Part shown: positions 17,017 to 26,449 of the stretch, one piece after another
How the letters are laid out: each line of letters starts with the position of its first letter
How positions within the stretch are numbered: position 1 is the stretch's first letter
Source of the DNA: an uncultured archaeon
GTDB lineage: Archaea; Asgardarchaeota; Heimdallarchaeia; Heimdallarchaeales; Heimdallarchaeaceae
Length of the DNA: 31,876 bases
Direction: 5' to 3'
Assembly: GCA_964549075.1 (NCBI GenBank)
Contig: CAZJUB010000002.1
Location: 51,515 to 83,390, forward strand
Made by a program: the position numbers and the translations under genes
Notes under the pieces: generated by a model
Told to the model about the DNA's origin: nothing
Database searches by the model: none
The model's input: only the letters and a program-made list of their open reading frames with translations

Positions 17017-19494
17017 GTGACATCATTGAATGATTTCGTTCCTAAACTAACTGAAAAAACATATGAACCTCAGAAACAAGATTTGATACTATTCAAGAAA
17101 TGGCAAGATGAGAAATTATTTGCATTTGACAAATCATCTGGTAAAACAGTTTTTAGTATAGACACTCCTCCACCTTATGCTAATGCTCCTTGGCACATGG
17201 GTGGGGCTATTCATTACAGTCAAATAGATATGATTGCCCGTTATAAACGAATGGCAGGTTTTGAGGTCCTATATCCAATGTGTTTAGATCGTAATGGACT
17301 TCCTATAGAAGTTCAAGCAGAGAAGAAATTCAAGATTTCAATGCATGATGTTCCAAGAGAAGAATTTCTCAATATGTGCAAACAGATTCTAGATGAAGTA
17401 GGAGACATGATACTAGATGTTTGTAGATTATTAGGATTCAGTAACAACTCACTTGAGTGGGATGAGATTTATAAAACAGATGAAGAACAATATAGAACCT
17501 TAACCCAATCTACTTTCATAAAGTTGTTCAAAGAAGGACAAATCTATGAGGATAATCGCCCGAACAACTATTGTACTCGCTGTAAAACAACTATTGCTGA
17601 CAACGAAATTGATTACAAAGCAGGTTCTCACACTCTTTATGATATCAAATTCAAAATAAAGGAAACAGGTGAAGACCTTATTATTTCCACTTCTAGACCA
17701 GAATTAATTCCTGCTATAGGAGTAGTGATTTATAACCCAAAAGATGAGCGCTATCTGCACCTCAAAGGAACAACTGCAATTACACCTTTGTTTAATGATG
17801 AAGTGCCAATCATGCCTCATCATTATGCAAAAATGGAATTCGGTACTGGTATAATGATGGTCTGTGCTTATGGTGATTCAAGTGATGTTCAAATATTTAG
17901 AGAGTTAAATCTGAATCCAAGAACCATAATTGATACAAACGGAAGAATCACTGACGCTGTTCCCGATTATGCAGGTTTGAAAGTAAAAGAAGCTAAGAAA
18001 AAAATAGCGGAGAAACTTGAACAGGAAGGATTTATTGCAGAAAAAACTGATGCTCCACATAACTTTCCAATATGTTCACGTTGTAAAACTATTGTAGAGT
18101 TCCTAGCTATGCCAGAGTATTATTTAAAACAAGTGGAATATCTCCCAAAACTTCACGAATATGCACAAGAAATGGAATTCTTTCCCCCTTTCATGAGACA
18201 AGTATGGGTAGATTGGTTAAACACAGTATCCATCGATTGGCCCATTAGTAGAAGGCGATACTATGGAACCGAAGTTCCAATATGGTATTGTAAAAGTTGT
18301 GGTCACCCCAATTTACCAGAAGCTGGAAAGTACTACCAACCTTGGAAAGATGAACCTCCATTTGATACCTGCCAGAAGTGTGGTAATAAAGAAGGATTTG
18401 AAGGAGATTTGAGAACCTTCGATACATGGATGGATTCATCGCTGAGTGAAATTTATACAATAATGTATCCTCATAATAAAAAAGATGAAGAATTATTCAA
18501 TCATCTAATATCACGTCCATATATTTGTGATCTACGACCTTCAGCTAAGGACATTGTAAGAACCTGGTTACATTATACGATGTTAAGGGGATTGCAATTA
18601 TATGAAAAACCAGCTTTTAAGTATGCATGGATTTCAGGATTTGTAGTAGATAGCAAAGGAGAAAAATTCTCGAAAAGTGCAGGAAGTGCTATCAAACCAG
18701 AAAATATGATCAAGAAATTCGGTGGAGATGCTGTAAGACTTTATGGAGCAGCTGAAGCCAGCCATGGATCTGACATTAGATTTAATCAACAGCGACTTCA
18801 AGGAATATCTTATTTCGTAAATAAATTATATAATATTGCAAAATTCTTAAGCAGGTTTCCAATAATTGAAGAAAAATCGCAAATTTCTCTTCAACCAGCT
18901 GATAAATGGATTCTTTCCGAGTTAGCGAGAGTGATTGAAGAAGCTAAGGAGGGATACGAAATCTTTGATTTTCAAATACCAGCTAAATCTCTTAGAAATT
19001 TTACAGGGGAAATATTTGCTTCACATTATGTAGAATTAGTAAAAGGACGAGCATATAATAGGAACGTAGTATATACTGAGCAAGAACAAAAAGCAGCATG
19101 GTATACTCTACACAAAGTTATGAAAGAATTAACTAAAGCCTTCGCACCAATCATTCCATTTGTTACTGATTTAATCTATCGAGGTATTTATGATAAAACT
19201 GTACATTTAGAGAGGTATCCAGAAGTGAAAGAGATTATAGATGAAAAAGAATATCTAGAGATAACATCAATCCTTTTAGATTTAAATTCAGCTATCTGGA
19301 AATATAAAAAAGGTAAGCATTTCCCCTTAAATACGCCAATAAAGCAAATTTTGCTACCTAAAACTCTAGCTCCTTTGGCAGATGATTTACGATCAATGCA
19401 TGTAATCGAAAATCTAGTAGAAAAAGATTCTGAGATTGAAGAAGGCGAAATTATAGCAATAAATGAAAATGATAGCATTGTTATTAAAATCTAG
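17017..19494 (+). CDS. valS: Valine--tRNA ligase
   Basis: FSIDTPPPY, HIGH-like HMGG, FGTGIMMVC, DWPISRRRYYG, DTWMDSS, KFSKS. Confidence 0.95.
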   Translation: MTSLNDFVPKLTEKTYEPQKQDLILFKKWQDEKLFAFDKSSGKTVFSIDTPPPYANAPWHMGGAIHYSQIDMIARYKRMAGFEVLYPMCLDRNGLPIEVQAEKKFKISMHDVPREEFLNMCKQILDEVGDMILDVCRLLGFSNNSLEWDEIYKTDEEQYRTLTQSTFIKLFKEGQIYEDNRPNNYCTRCKTTIADNEIDYKAGSHTLYDIKFKIKETGEDLIISTSRPELIPAIGVVIYNPKDERYLHLKGTTAITPLFNDEVPIMPHHYAKMEFGTGIMMVCAYGDSSDVQIFRELNLNPRTIIDTNGRITDAVPDYAGLKVKEAKKKIAEKLEQEGFIAEKTDAPHNFPICSRCKTIVEFLAMPEYYLKQVEYLPKLHEYAQEMEFFPPFMRQVWVDWLNTVSIDWPISRRRYYGTEVPIWYCKSCGHPNLPEAGKYYQPWKDEPPFDTCQKCGNKEGFEGDLRTFDTWMDSSLSEIYTIMYPHNKKDEELFNHLISRPYICDLRPSAKDIVRTWLHYTMLRGLQLYEKPAFKYAWISGFVVDSKGEKFSKSAGSAIKPENMIKKFGGDAVRLYGAAEASHGSDIRFNQQRLQGISYFVNKLYNIAKFLSRFPIIEEKSQISLQPADKWILSELARVIEEAKEGYEIFDFQIPAKSLRNFTGEIFASHYVELVKGRAYNRNVVYTEQEQKAAWYTLHKVMKELTKAFAPIIPFVTDLIYRGIYDKTVHLERYPEVKEIIDEKEYLEITSILLDLNSAIWKYKKGKHFPLNTPIKQILLPKTLAPLADDLRSMHVIENLVEKDSEIEEGEIIAINENDSIVIKI

Positions 19495-19502
19495 ATAGAG
19501 GT

Positions 19503-19524
19503 GTTTTTTTCCTCTTTTCTTTTT
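19503..19524 (+). terminator. T-rich terminator after valS
   Basis: Oligo-T tracts immediately after the stop codon. Confidence 0.45.
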
Positions 19525-19678
19525 CAGTCATTAAAGAAAACCATTTTAAATAACAAATAGTCGAATTTAGTTGCTGGGTACTGTAGATTACAATTTGTAA
19601 TCGTTAATAAACCTTAAAAATTGTACTCTTACTCGCTATTGTAGTCAATAGTATAAAGATATAACAGGAGAATTAAGA

Positions 19679-20143
19679 TTGCCAAAATACAAATATTCCA
19701 TTCAAACAGATCCTGATAGGTCAGCAAAAGCTTCAGCAAGAGAGATAGATGTTAGTCCAAAAGCTGCAAGAGAGATCTGTAATACCATTAAAGGAATGAC
19801 AATCCATCAATGTATTGAGTTTCTTGAAAATGTTATTGATAAAAAAACAGCTGTTCCTTTTAAGCGTTATAAAAGAAAAGTTGGACATAAAAGTTCAGTA
19901 ACAAAGTGGGGTTCTGGAAGATACCCAGTTAAAGCAGCTGGTGAAATTCTTAAAATTGTAAAGAATCTCGAAAATAACGCTGAAACCAATCAATTGCAAT
20001 TGGATAAATGCAGAATTGTTCATGCTGTAACTTTACAAGGATCAAGAGAACAAGGAATCTTCCAACGAGCTCAAGGGAGATCATCTCCAAAAATGAGACA
20101 ATTTGTTCATGTTGAATTAGTAGCTGAAGTAGCTGAGATGTGA
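19679..20143 (+). CDS. rpl22: 50S ribosomal protein uL22
   Basis: VSPKAAREIC, AVPFKRY, GRYPVKAA, RAQGRSSP; TTG start with SD AGGAG. Confidence 0.96.
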   Translation: MPKYKYSIQTDPDRSAKASAREIDVSPKAAREICNTIKGMTIHQCIEFLENVIDKKTAVPFKRYKRKVGHKSSVTKWGSGRYPVKAAGEILKIVKNLENNAETNQLQLDKCRIVHAVTLQGSREQGIFQRAQGRSSPKMRQFVHVELVAEVAEM

Positions 20144-20148
20144 TAATT

Positions 20149-21138
20149 ATGCCTACAACAAAAGATTACTTAGTAAAAAAATATCAAAGAAATGCTATAG
20201 ATGAGTATCTAGCAAAAGAACTTAAAAATGCGGAATATGGTGGGGTGGAATTACGACGAACACCTCTTGGAGATCGTGTTATACTTCGTGTTGGAAGAGT
20301 GGGATTGGCAATAGGTGGGAGAGGTAGAAATATCCACAGAATTACTGAAGAATTACGTGAAAGTTATGGTCTCGACAATCCACAAATTGAAGTAACAGAA
20401 GTAGAAAATCCTGAAATAGATGCAAGAATTATGGCTTTCAGATTAGCTTCTTCTTTAGAACGAGGACGTCATTTTAGAAGAAGTGCACATGGTATTATCA
20501 GACGTATTTTAGCCAGTGGAGCTAAAGGTGTTGAAATCAAGATTAGCGGAAAAATAACCAGTCAAAGAGCAAGAGTTGAAACCTTTAGAGCAGGATTTGT
20601 TGCTAAAGCTGGAGATCCTGCTGACAGATATGTTGATTGGGGTAAGGCTCAAGCACTTATCAGAAGAGGTTTACTTGGTATTCAAGTTAAAATAATGCGT
20701 GGTGATGCTATTCTTCCTGATGATATCGAAATTGAAGCAGAACCGACATCAACATCTATGATTGTTGATACTGGTGCAGAAGAACCTGAGATAGTAGAAG
20801 AAATCAGCGAAGAGGTACTAGAAGAACTAGAAGAGTATCCTGATATAGAGGAAGAGCTGGATCAGGTAGCAGAAGAGGTTTCAAAAGAAACCAAAGTTGA
20901 TGATGAATTAAAAGAACTGGATGAAGTAGATAAAGCAGCAAAAACGAAACTAAAAACTAAGACTAAAGAAAAAAAATCTGATGAGAAAAACGAAGAAGTA
21001 AAAGAGAAAGAAGAAGAAAAAGAACAAAAGCCAAAAACGAACAAAGCTACCAAAAATACTAAAACAACTAAAGAAGACAAAGATATCAAATCAAAAGACA
21101 AAAATACCAAATCAAAAGCCAAAGAAAAAGAGGAATGA
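20149..21138 (+). CDS. rps3: 30S ribosomal protein uS3 with long acidic then Lys-rich C-terminal tail
   Basis: EYGGVELRRTPLG, IGGRGRNI, LERGRHFRR, GAKGVEIKISGK. Start re-called to ATG 20149. Confidence 0.95.
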   Translation: MPTTKDYLVKKYQRNAIDEYLAKELKNAEYGGVELRRTPLGDRVILRVGRVGLAIGGRGRNIHRITEELRESYGLDNPQIEVTEVENPEIDARIMAFRLASSLERGRHFRRSAHGIIRRILASGAKGVEIKISGKITSQRARVETFRAGFVAKAGDPADRYVDWGKAQALIRRGLLGIQVKIMRGDAILPDDIEIEAEPTSTSMIVDTGAEEPEIVEEISEEVLEELEEYPDIEEELDQVAEEVSKETKVDDELKELDEVDKAAKTKLKTKTKEKKSDEKNEEVKEKEEEKEQKPKTNKATKNTKTTKEDKDIKSKDKNTKSKAKEKEE

Positions 21139-21148
21139 GGTGTAAAAA

Positions 21149-21352
21149 GTGCCTATAATCAGAAATAGTGAAATAAGAAAAATGAATAAAGAACAAAGGC
21201 TTAGAAAATTGGAAGAATTTAAGAAAAAACTCTTTACTATCAAATCTGAACTTGCTTCTGGAGGTTCTATCGAGAATCCAGGACAGATTCAAGAATACAA
21301 GAAAGCTATATCTAGGCTTCGAACAATTATGACAGAATTAGATGAAATTTAA
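21149..21352 (+). CDS. rpl29: 50S ribosomal protein uL29
   Basis: EIRKM, GGSIENPGQI...KKAISRLRTI; SD GAGGTG, GTG start. Confidence 0.93.
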   Translation: MPIIRNSEIRKMNKEQRLRKLEEFKKKLFTIKSELASGGSIENPGQIQEYKKAISRLRTIMTELDEI

Positions 21353-21657
21353 TGTCAGAAACAGATAAGAGAGGGAGGAAGGTTGCAGTTTGGAAAAACC
21401 TTACTAAATCGTTGATAGGTTTGAGAGTATTTGTATTAAGAAGCTCTTCAAAGGATTGGGAGGGAATAAGAGGCATCATTACAGATGAAACTTCTAATTT
21501 GTTAATTATAAAAACAGAAAATAAAATTATATCAATACCAAAATCCAATCAAACTTTCGAACTAGAGATTGATGATGGATCAAAAATTATAATTGATGGT
21601 CATCTTCTAGAAGGTAATCCAGAGCATCGTATTAAGAAGAAATTAAAGGATTGGTAA
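21352..21657 (+). CDS. rnp1: Ribonuclease P protein component 1 (aRpp29/Pop4)
   Basis: LIGLRVFV, GIRGIITDETSN, IPKS, IDGHLLEGNPEHRIKK; canonical position after uL29. Confidence 0.92.
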   Translation: MSETDKRGRKVAVWKNLTKSLIGLRVFVLRSSSKDWEGIRGIITDETSNLLIIKTENKIISIPKSNQTFELEIDDGSKIIIDGHLLEGNPEHRIKKKLKDW

Positions 21658-21816
21658 TTAACAACTAATTGATAGTTAATAGTGTAGATTATTCTTTCGA
21701 AAATTTATGTCAAAAATAACAACCAATAAAATGTAAACCATATATAAAGTAAATGAGTATATTAGTTTAAATATTAAAAAAAATATCTTCTTATGCTATA
21801 GTGACCGTGTTTTCTA

Positions 21817-24306
21817 ATGAATCAAACCGAATACCTTAATCATCCGCTCATAAAGCCAAACAAAGTAGAAGCTAGATTATACCAACAAACTTTGTTTGCA
21901 TCATGTATTAAGGAGAATTCTCTGGTTGTTTTACCTACAGGCCTTGGAAAGACTATTTTGTTTCTGATGATTGCTGCACATCGCTTAGAAAAATATCCTG
22001 ATGGTAAAATCGTTTTTTGTGCGCCTACAAAACCTTTGATGGATCAACATGAACACACAATTAGAGAATCAATGAACATTGATTCTGAGAAAATTGCTCA
22101 AGTTTCAGGACAGATAGATCCAAAGAAGCGAAAAGAGATATGGGACAGTGCTCAGATATTCGTCTGTACTCCTCAAACGATACAAAATGACATTATTCAA
22201 AGACGAATTAAACTAGAAAAGGTCGTTTTTCTATGTTTAGATGAAGCTCATAAAAGTGTAGGTGATCATAGTTATGTGTTTATTGCAGATCAATACTACA
22301 AGAAAGCAATAAATCCACTTCTGCTTGGATTAACTGCAAGTCCTGGATCTAAAATTGAACGTATAGATGATGTTCAAAGCAACCTTCATATTACAAATAT
22401 TGAGATGAGAGATGAGAGCTCAGATGATGTCAAACAATACATCCATGAGATTGAGGAAAATTGGGAAATCATACCCCTCTCAATAGAATTCAAAGTTATT
22501 ATAGATACGCTAAATAACATGTATAAACAGGTATTAGAAGGATTAAAAGAGCTTGAAATAATAAATTCAGCTTTACCTAGAAATAATCCAAGAAAAGAAT
22601 TATTAAAATTAAGAAGTAGAGTTAATGAAAAATTCAGTAATAGTTCTGAAGAAGATAGAACTGATTTCTTTCGTGCTATGTCTTTAGTTGGTAATTCAAT
22701 ACGTTTATCTCACGCAATAGAACTGATTGAAACTCAAGGAGTTCCATCACTAAGCAAGTATTTGGAAGGACAGATTAATGATATAAAATTCGGCAAAGGT
22801 AGCCGAGCTCTCAGAGATTTAATGTTCTCAGAGGAAATGCGTCAAGTTGTAGAAGCAGTTCAGAAACTTCAAGAAAGCAACATAATTCATCCCAAAATAG
22901 AAAGACTTAGGGAGCTTGTATCTGAGGAGTTGAGAAATAAGCCAGATAATAGAATTCTAGTTTTTGCACATTTTAGAGTAACTGCAAAAATGATAAGTGA
23001 CGAATTGAATAAGAAGGAAGAGGTAAAAAGTCACTGGTTTGTTGGTCAATCATCAGCTAAAGGAGATAAGGGGCTATCTCAAAAAGAGCAAATAGAAATT
23101 ATGCAAGAGTTTCGTGATGGAACCTATAACGTGTTAGTTTCTACTAGTGTTGCTGAGGAAGGTTTAGATATTGGAGAATGTGAATTAGTAGTTTTTTATG
23201 ATGCTGTTCCTAGTGCTATAAGATTGATACAAAGACGAGGAAGAACAGGAAGAAGAAAAGAAGGGAAAGTAATCATGTTAATTGCGGAGGGAACTAGAGA
23301 TGAAGCATATATGTGGGCATCTAAAAGACAAGCACAAAAAATGAAAAAATTAGTAAGAAAATTAGATAGAACCTCAGAAACTAAAAAAACACAAAAAACA
23401 AAACAACAGAAGGGAATTGTAGATTTCTTACTAGAAGCTGAGAAAACATCTAAAAAAGAAGTTGTGGAAGAAAAAGCAACTGATGACATGGAAGATGTAC
23501 CAAGTAATGATATAGAAGAGCTAAAAACAATCGAATTTGAAAAAGAAGAAGGAAAGATCAAAATTATTTGTGATAGCAGAGAAAGAAATACTGTTGTTAT
23601 TAAAGAATTAATAAATAAAGGAGTAGAGCTTGGTTTTGAAAGATTAGAACTAGGAGACTACATCTGTTCAGATCAAATAGTAGTTGAAAGAAAAGCAGAA
23701 GATGATTTTGTAAAATCAATCATTGATAAGAGACTGTTTACTCAAACAAAAGCATTGGTTGAAAGTTGTGCAAAACCAGTTCTAATAATTGAGGGAGATT
23801 TGAATATTTTTGGTTCAACTCTTCACCCCCATGCTTTGGCTGGAGCTATATCATCACTTGCTACAGACTTTAGACTACCAATCATCAATACAAAAAATCA
23901 GAAAGAAACTGCTGAAATATTGTTTTCTCTTGCTAGAAGAGAACAAGAAGAAAGACAAAGAAGGATAAGTTTAGGAAAAAGAAAGGGAATAGGTCTCAAA
24001 ATACAAATGGAAGAAACAATAGCGTCTCTCCCGCATGTGGATCATAAAATCTCCAATAGATTATTGAGGCATTTTGGATCCATTAAAAATATTATGAATG
24101 CAAAGCTAGAAGACTTCTTTGAAGTTAGAGGAGTAGGAGAAAAAATTGCTAATGATATCATTGATTATATTTACAGTGATTATAACGAAATTGAAACAGG
24201 AGAAGAAGCAAGAACGATGAAAGAAGATCTTGATTTCCTAAGAAAAGATAAGAAAGAAAATTCTAAGAAGTTAGAGAACGGAGAGAGTCAACAAGAGAAC
24301 GAATAG
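21817..24306 (+). CDS. hef: Hef: FANCM/Mph1-like DEAH helicase fused to ERCC4/XPF nuclease and HhH
   Basis: ARLYQ, VLPTGLGKT, DEAH, LTASPG, STSVAEEGLDI, IQRRGRTGR; nuclease DSRE, GDY, VERK; HhH GVGEK. Confidence 0.95.
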   Translation: MNQTEYLNHPLIKPNKVEARLYQQTLFASCIKENSLVVLPTGLGKTILFLMIAAHRLEKYPDGKIVFCAPTKPLMDQHEHTIRESMNIDSEKIAQVSGQIDPKKRKEIWDSAQIFVCTPQTIQNDIIQRRIKLEKVVFLCLDEAHKSVGDHSYVFIADQYYKKAINPLLLGLTASPGSKIERIDDVQSNLHITNIEMRDESSDDVKQYIHEIEENWEIIPLSIEFKVIIDTLNNMYKQVLEGLKELEIINSALPRNNPRKELLKLRSRVNEKFSNSSEEDRTDFFRAMSLVGNSIRLSHAIELIETQGVPSLSKYLEGQINDIKFGKGSRALRDLMFSEEMRQVVEAVQKLQESNIIHPKIERLRELVSEELRNKPDNRILVFAHFRVTAKMISDELNKKEEVKSHWFVGQSSAKGDKGLSQKEQIEIMQEFRDGTYNVLVSTSVAEEGLDIGECELVVFYDAVPSAIRLIQRRGRTGRRKEGKVIMLIAEGTRDEAYMWASKRQAQKMKKLVRKLDRTSETKKTQKTKQQKGIVDFLLEAEKTSKKEVVEEKATDDMEDVPSNDIEELKTIEFEKEEGKIKIICDSRERNTVVIKELINKGVELGFERLELGDYICSDQIVVERKAEDDFVKSIIDKRLFTQTKALVESCAKPVLIIEGDLNIFGSTLHPHALAGAISSLATDFRLPIINTKNQKETAEILFSLARREQEERQRRISLGKRKGIGLKIQMEETIASLPHVDHKISNRLLRHFGSIKNIMNAKLEDFFEVRGVGEKIANDIIDYIYSDYNEIETGEEARTMKEDLDFLRKDKKENSKKLENGESQQENE

Positions 24307-24688
24307 ATGAAGATAATTCAACTATTTCTTTGGGATCAGTGGTTTCCTTTAATCGACTATTAAGTTCAGAAATTTTTTGCAGTATAATTTTTGCTGAATC
24401 AGCTAATGCAGAGGGAAGAGAACTAAAATCAAATGAAGAAACAGATTTTGGTAGAGTAGAAGGTGAAGAGACTTGCTGTACTTGTGAGGATTGCTTTTTT
24501 TGTGGAAAATCCGAAGTAGAATCAACTAAAACGTATTGTTTTTTGCATTTTACACATACAACCTTTCCATCCCTTTCATATAATGGTTCAATACACTCAG
24601 GGCAAGCTTTATTCAACATCTTCCAACCTTTTAGTAGTAAATCAGCACCAGCTTTAACAGAAGTATTGGAATCATTTGACTTATTCAT
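24263..24688 (-). CDS. UPF0148 / Sjogren's autoantigen p27-like Zn-ribbon protein
   Basis: ADLLLKGWKMLNKACPECIEPLYE...CVKC; overlaps the hef 3' end by 44 nt. Confidence 0.85.
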   Translation of the reverse strand: MNKSNDSNTSVKAGADLLLKGWKMLNKACPECIEPLYERDGKVVCVKCKKQYVLVDSTSDFPQKKQSSQVQQVSSPSTLPKSVSSFDFSSLPSALADSAKIILQKISELNSRLKETTDPKEIVELSSSIRSLVDSLRSLTS

Positions 24689-24816
24689 GAAGGAACAGAG
24701 GGAATGAAGTATAAAATCTTAATTGTCTATTGTATTTATCTGGCAAATACGTAAGTAATACATTCTATCATATGCAAAATTAGAGTTGGGAGCTAAAATA
24801 CTAAACGGTCATTCAT

Positions 24817-25026
24817 ATGGAAAAAGGATCAGAAAGAACCATAGAATCAATCCCTAAGATAGAAATAAAAGTAGATAGTAGGAATAAAATACTCAGATTT
24901 CATGATTTATTACAAGAAAAACCAAGAGTTAGTGTAAAAGAAATTGAGGGAATGGATAGATTGATTCGAATGTTGAAAAATGAAGAGAAATCACCTTTTT
25001 ACAAAGCAAATAATGATAGCAAATAA
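24817..25026 (+). CDS. Small hypothetical protein (69 aa)
   Basis: ATG ORF in otherwise empty space, with purine-rich codons like neighbouring genes; no recognisable motif. Confidence 0.45.
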   Translation: MEKGSERTIESIPKIEIKVDSRNKILRFHDLLQEKPRVSVKEIEGMDRLIRMLKNEEKSPFYKANNDSK

Positions 25027-25137
25027 AATCAGTATAGTAATCTTAGTAAAAATAGTTCTCTTTATGTAACTCTCTAGTTTTAGAATCTTAAGAAAACATT
25101 TTTAAAAGTAATAAGATAGGATGAATGCAGTAAGAAC

Positions 25138-25246
25138 GGGGCATTAGCTCAGCTTGGTTAGAGCGCTCGGCTGATAAACCTTTAGCTAGTTTGCTAATCA
25201 TTCAAAAACCGGGAAGTCGGCGGTTCAAATCCGCTATGCCCCACCA
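25138..25246 (+). tRNA. tRNA-Ile(GAT) with 31-nt intron at 37/38 (25177-25207); CCA encoded
   Basis: Acceptor GGGGCAT/ATGCCCC, D-stem GCTC/GAGC, anticodon stem CTCGG/CCGGG with CT-GAT-A, T-arm GGCGG-TTCAAAT-CCGCT; intron hairpin TTAGC/GCTAA. Confidence 0.95.
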
Positions 25247-25256
25247 TTCCTTCCCT

Positions 25257-26321
25257 CTACTTTTCTTTCTCTCTTTTACTTGGTGGATATTTCTCCAAAA
25301 ATTCTTTAAATTCCCTATGCATTTTTTTCTGTGTTGCTAAATTCCCTCCTTCCCTACTTCTTCTAAGTTCTTCTTTCATGCTCTTATAATCATACCCTAT
25401 CATTGGAAATCCATATTTTGCTAGTATCTCTTTATATCTCTTTATTCTCTTCTTTCCTTCTGGGCTTACTATTACTTGTATCACTCTTTGATCTCTTTCT
25501 ATTCCCCTTATATATTGGTTTAATGGTATTTTTTCCAATAATACACATACATTCATCATCAATGTGTAATCTGTTATTATTTCCTTTCCAGCCATATACC
25601 TTTCAAGATACTCGCTTTTTAAGTCTTGATTGAACACAAACAAAGGTAAACTTTCCTTTATATACTTCTCTGGATACATTATCCCGCTCATATTTCTTGG
25701 AGTAACAAATGTAAAATTGTGATACATATTATTCCTTGCTTTTTCCAAGAATTCTAAATAATTCTCTATGAAATCTAAGAAATCAAAGATATATTCATGT
25801 TCGAATTTGTAAACTTCCAAGATGAATTTTTTATCCTTTTCTTCTATTTTGTGATAATCTAAGTTTTTTTCGCTATATAGTTCTTGAATTATTTTCTTTA
25901 TCTTTCCTTCTCTTAAATAGTCTTTGAATTTTACACCTGTTCCATCATAATTTCCTTTTACTAGCCTTTTCATCATTTTTGATGTTGAATTAAGACTTAA
26001 ACTTACAATAATATTCAATAAAAATTCAAATTCTACCTTTGTTTTCCCCAGAGTTTCCATTGTAAAATATGATTCAGATTCTAATAAATCTTCGAGCGTT
26101 CTCAATTTTTCATCTTTGGGAATTGATGTATTCTGATATAAATTCATCTTCCTTTCAGATATTTTAATTGCATTTGCTTGGATAGATTTGTGCCACTTTG
26201 TTTTGTGTGTTTGATTACTTTGTATTATTAATTCAACAAGTGTTGCTATTTTTTTCCTTTTTTCTTTATCTTTTAGATTTGATAATACATCATACAACTT
26301 CAAATACTCAAATTCGCTCAT
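25257..26321 (-). CDS. Hypothetical alpha-helical protein with a HEPN-like RxxxxH motif (putative RNase)
   Basis: 354-aa ORF; ARNNMYH at 25719-25736 ends an amphipathic helix. The HEPN call rests on the motif only. Confidence 0.6.
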   Translation of the reverse strand: MSEFEYLKLYDVLSNLKDKEKRKKIATLVELIIQSNQTHKTKWHKSIQANAIKISERKMNLYQNTSIPKDEKLRTLEDLLESESYFTMETLGKTKVEFEFLLNIIVSLSLNSTSKMMKRLVKGNYDGTGVKFKDYLREGKIKKIIQELYSEKNLDYHKIEEKDKKFILEVYKFEHEYIFDFLDFIENYLEFLEKARNNMYHNFTFVTPRNMSGIMYPEKYIKESLPLFVFNQDLKSEYLERYMAGKEIITDYTLMMNVCVLLEKIPLNQYIRGIERDQRVIQVIVSPEGKKRIKRYKEILAKYGFPMIGYDYKSMKEELRRSREGGNLATQKKMHREFKEFLEKYPPSKREKEK

Positions 26322-26449
26322 AAGAAGCTTATAATCCTGTATCTTTAATATCTCTTCGCTTTTCTAAAATTAATTGTAGATTTTTCTTGATTATTTACCA
26401 TTTTGTGCTAGCTTGTTATTCTTAACTATATGAAAAAGGAAAATAAATA

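Noticed and set aside
17188-18678. ValRS signature variants HMGG and KFSKS
   Set aside because: Class I signature motifs vary among archaeal ValRS; the ORF is intact and full length.
20862-21122. Hydrophobic Phe/Ser/Leu-rich minus-strand ORF resembling a membrane protein
   Set aside because: Antisense of the Lys/Glu-rich uS3 tail.
24330-24707. 125-aa + strand Cys-containing ORF
   Set aside because: Antisense to the better-supported UPF0148 Zn-ribbon gene.
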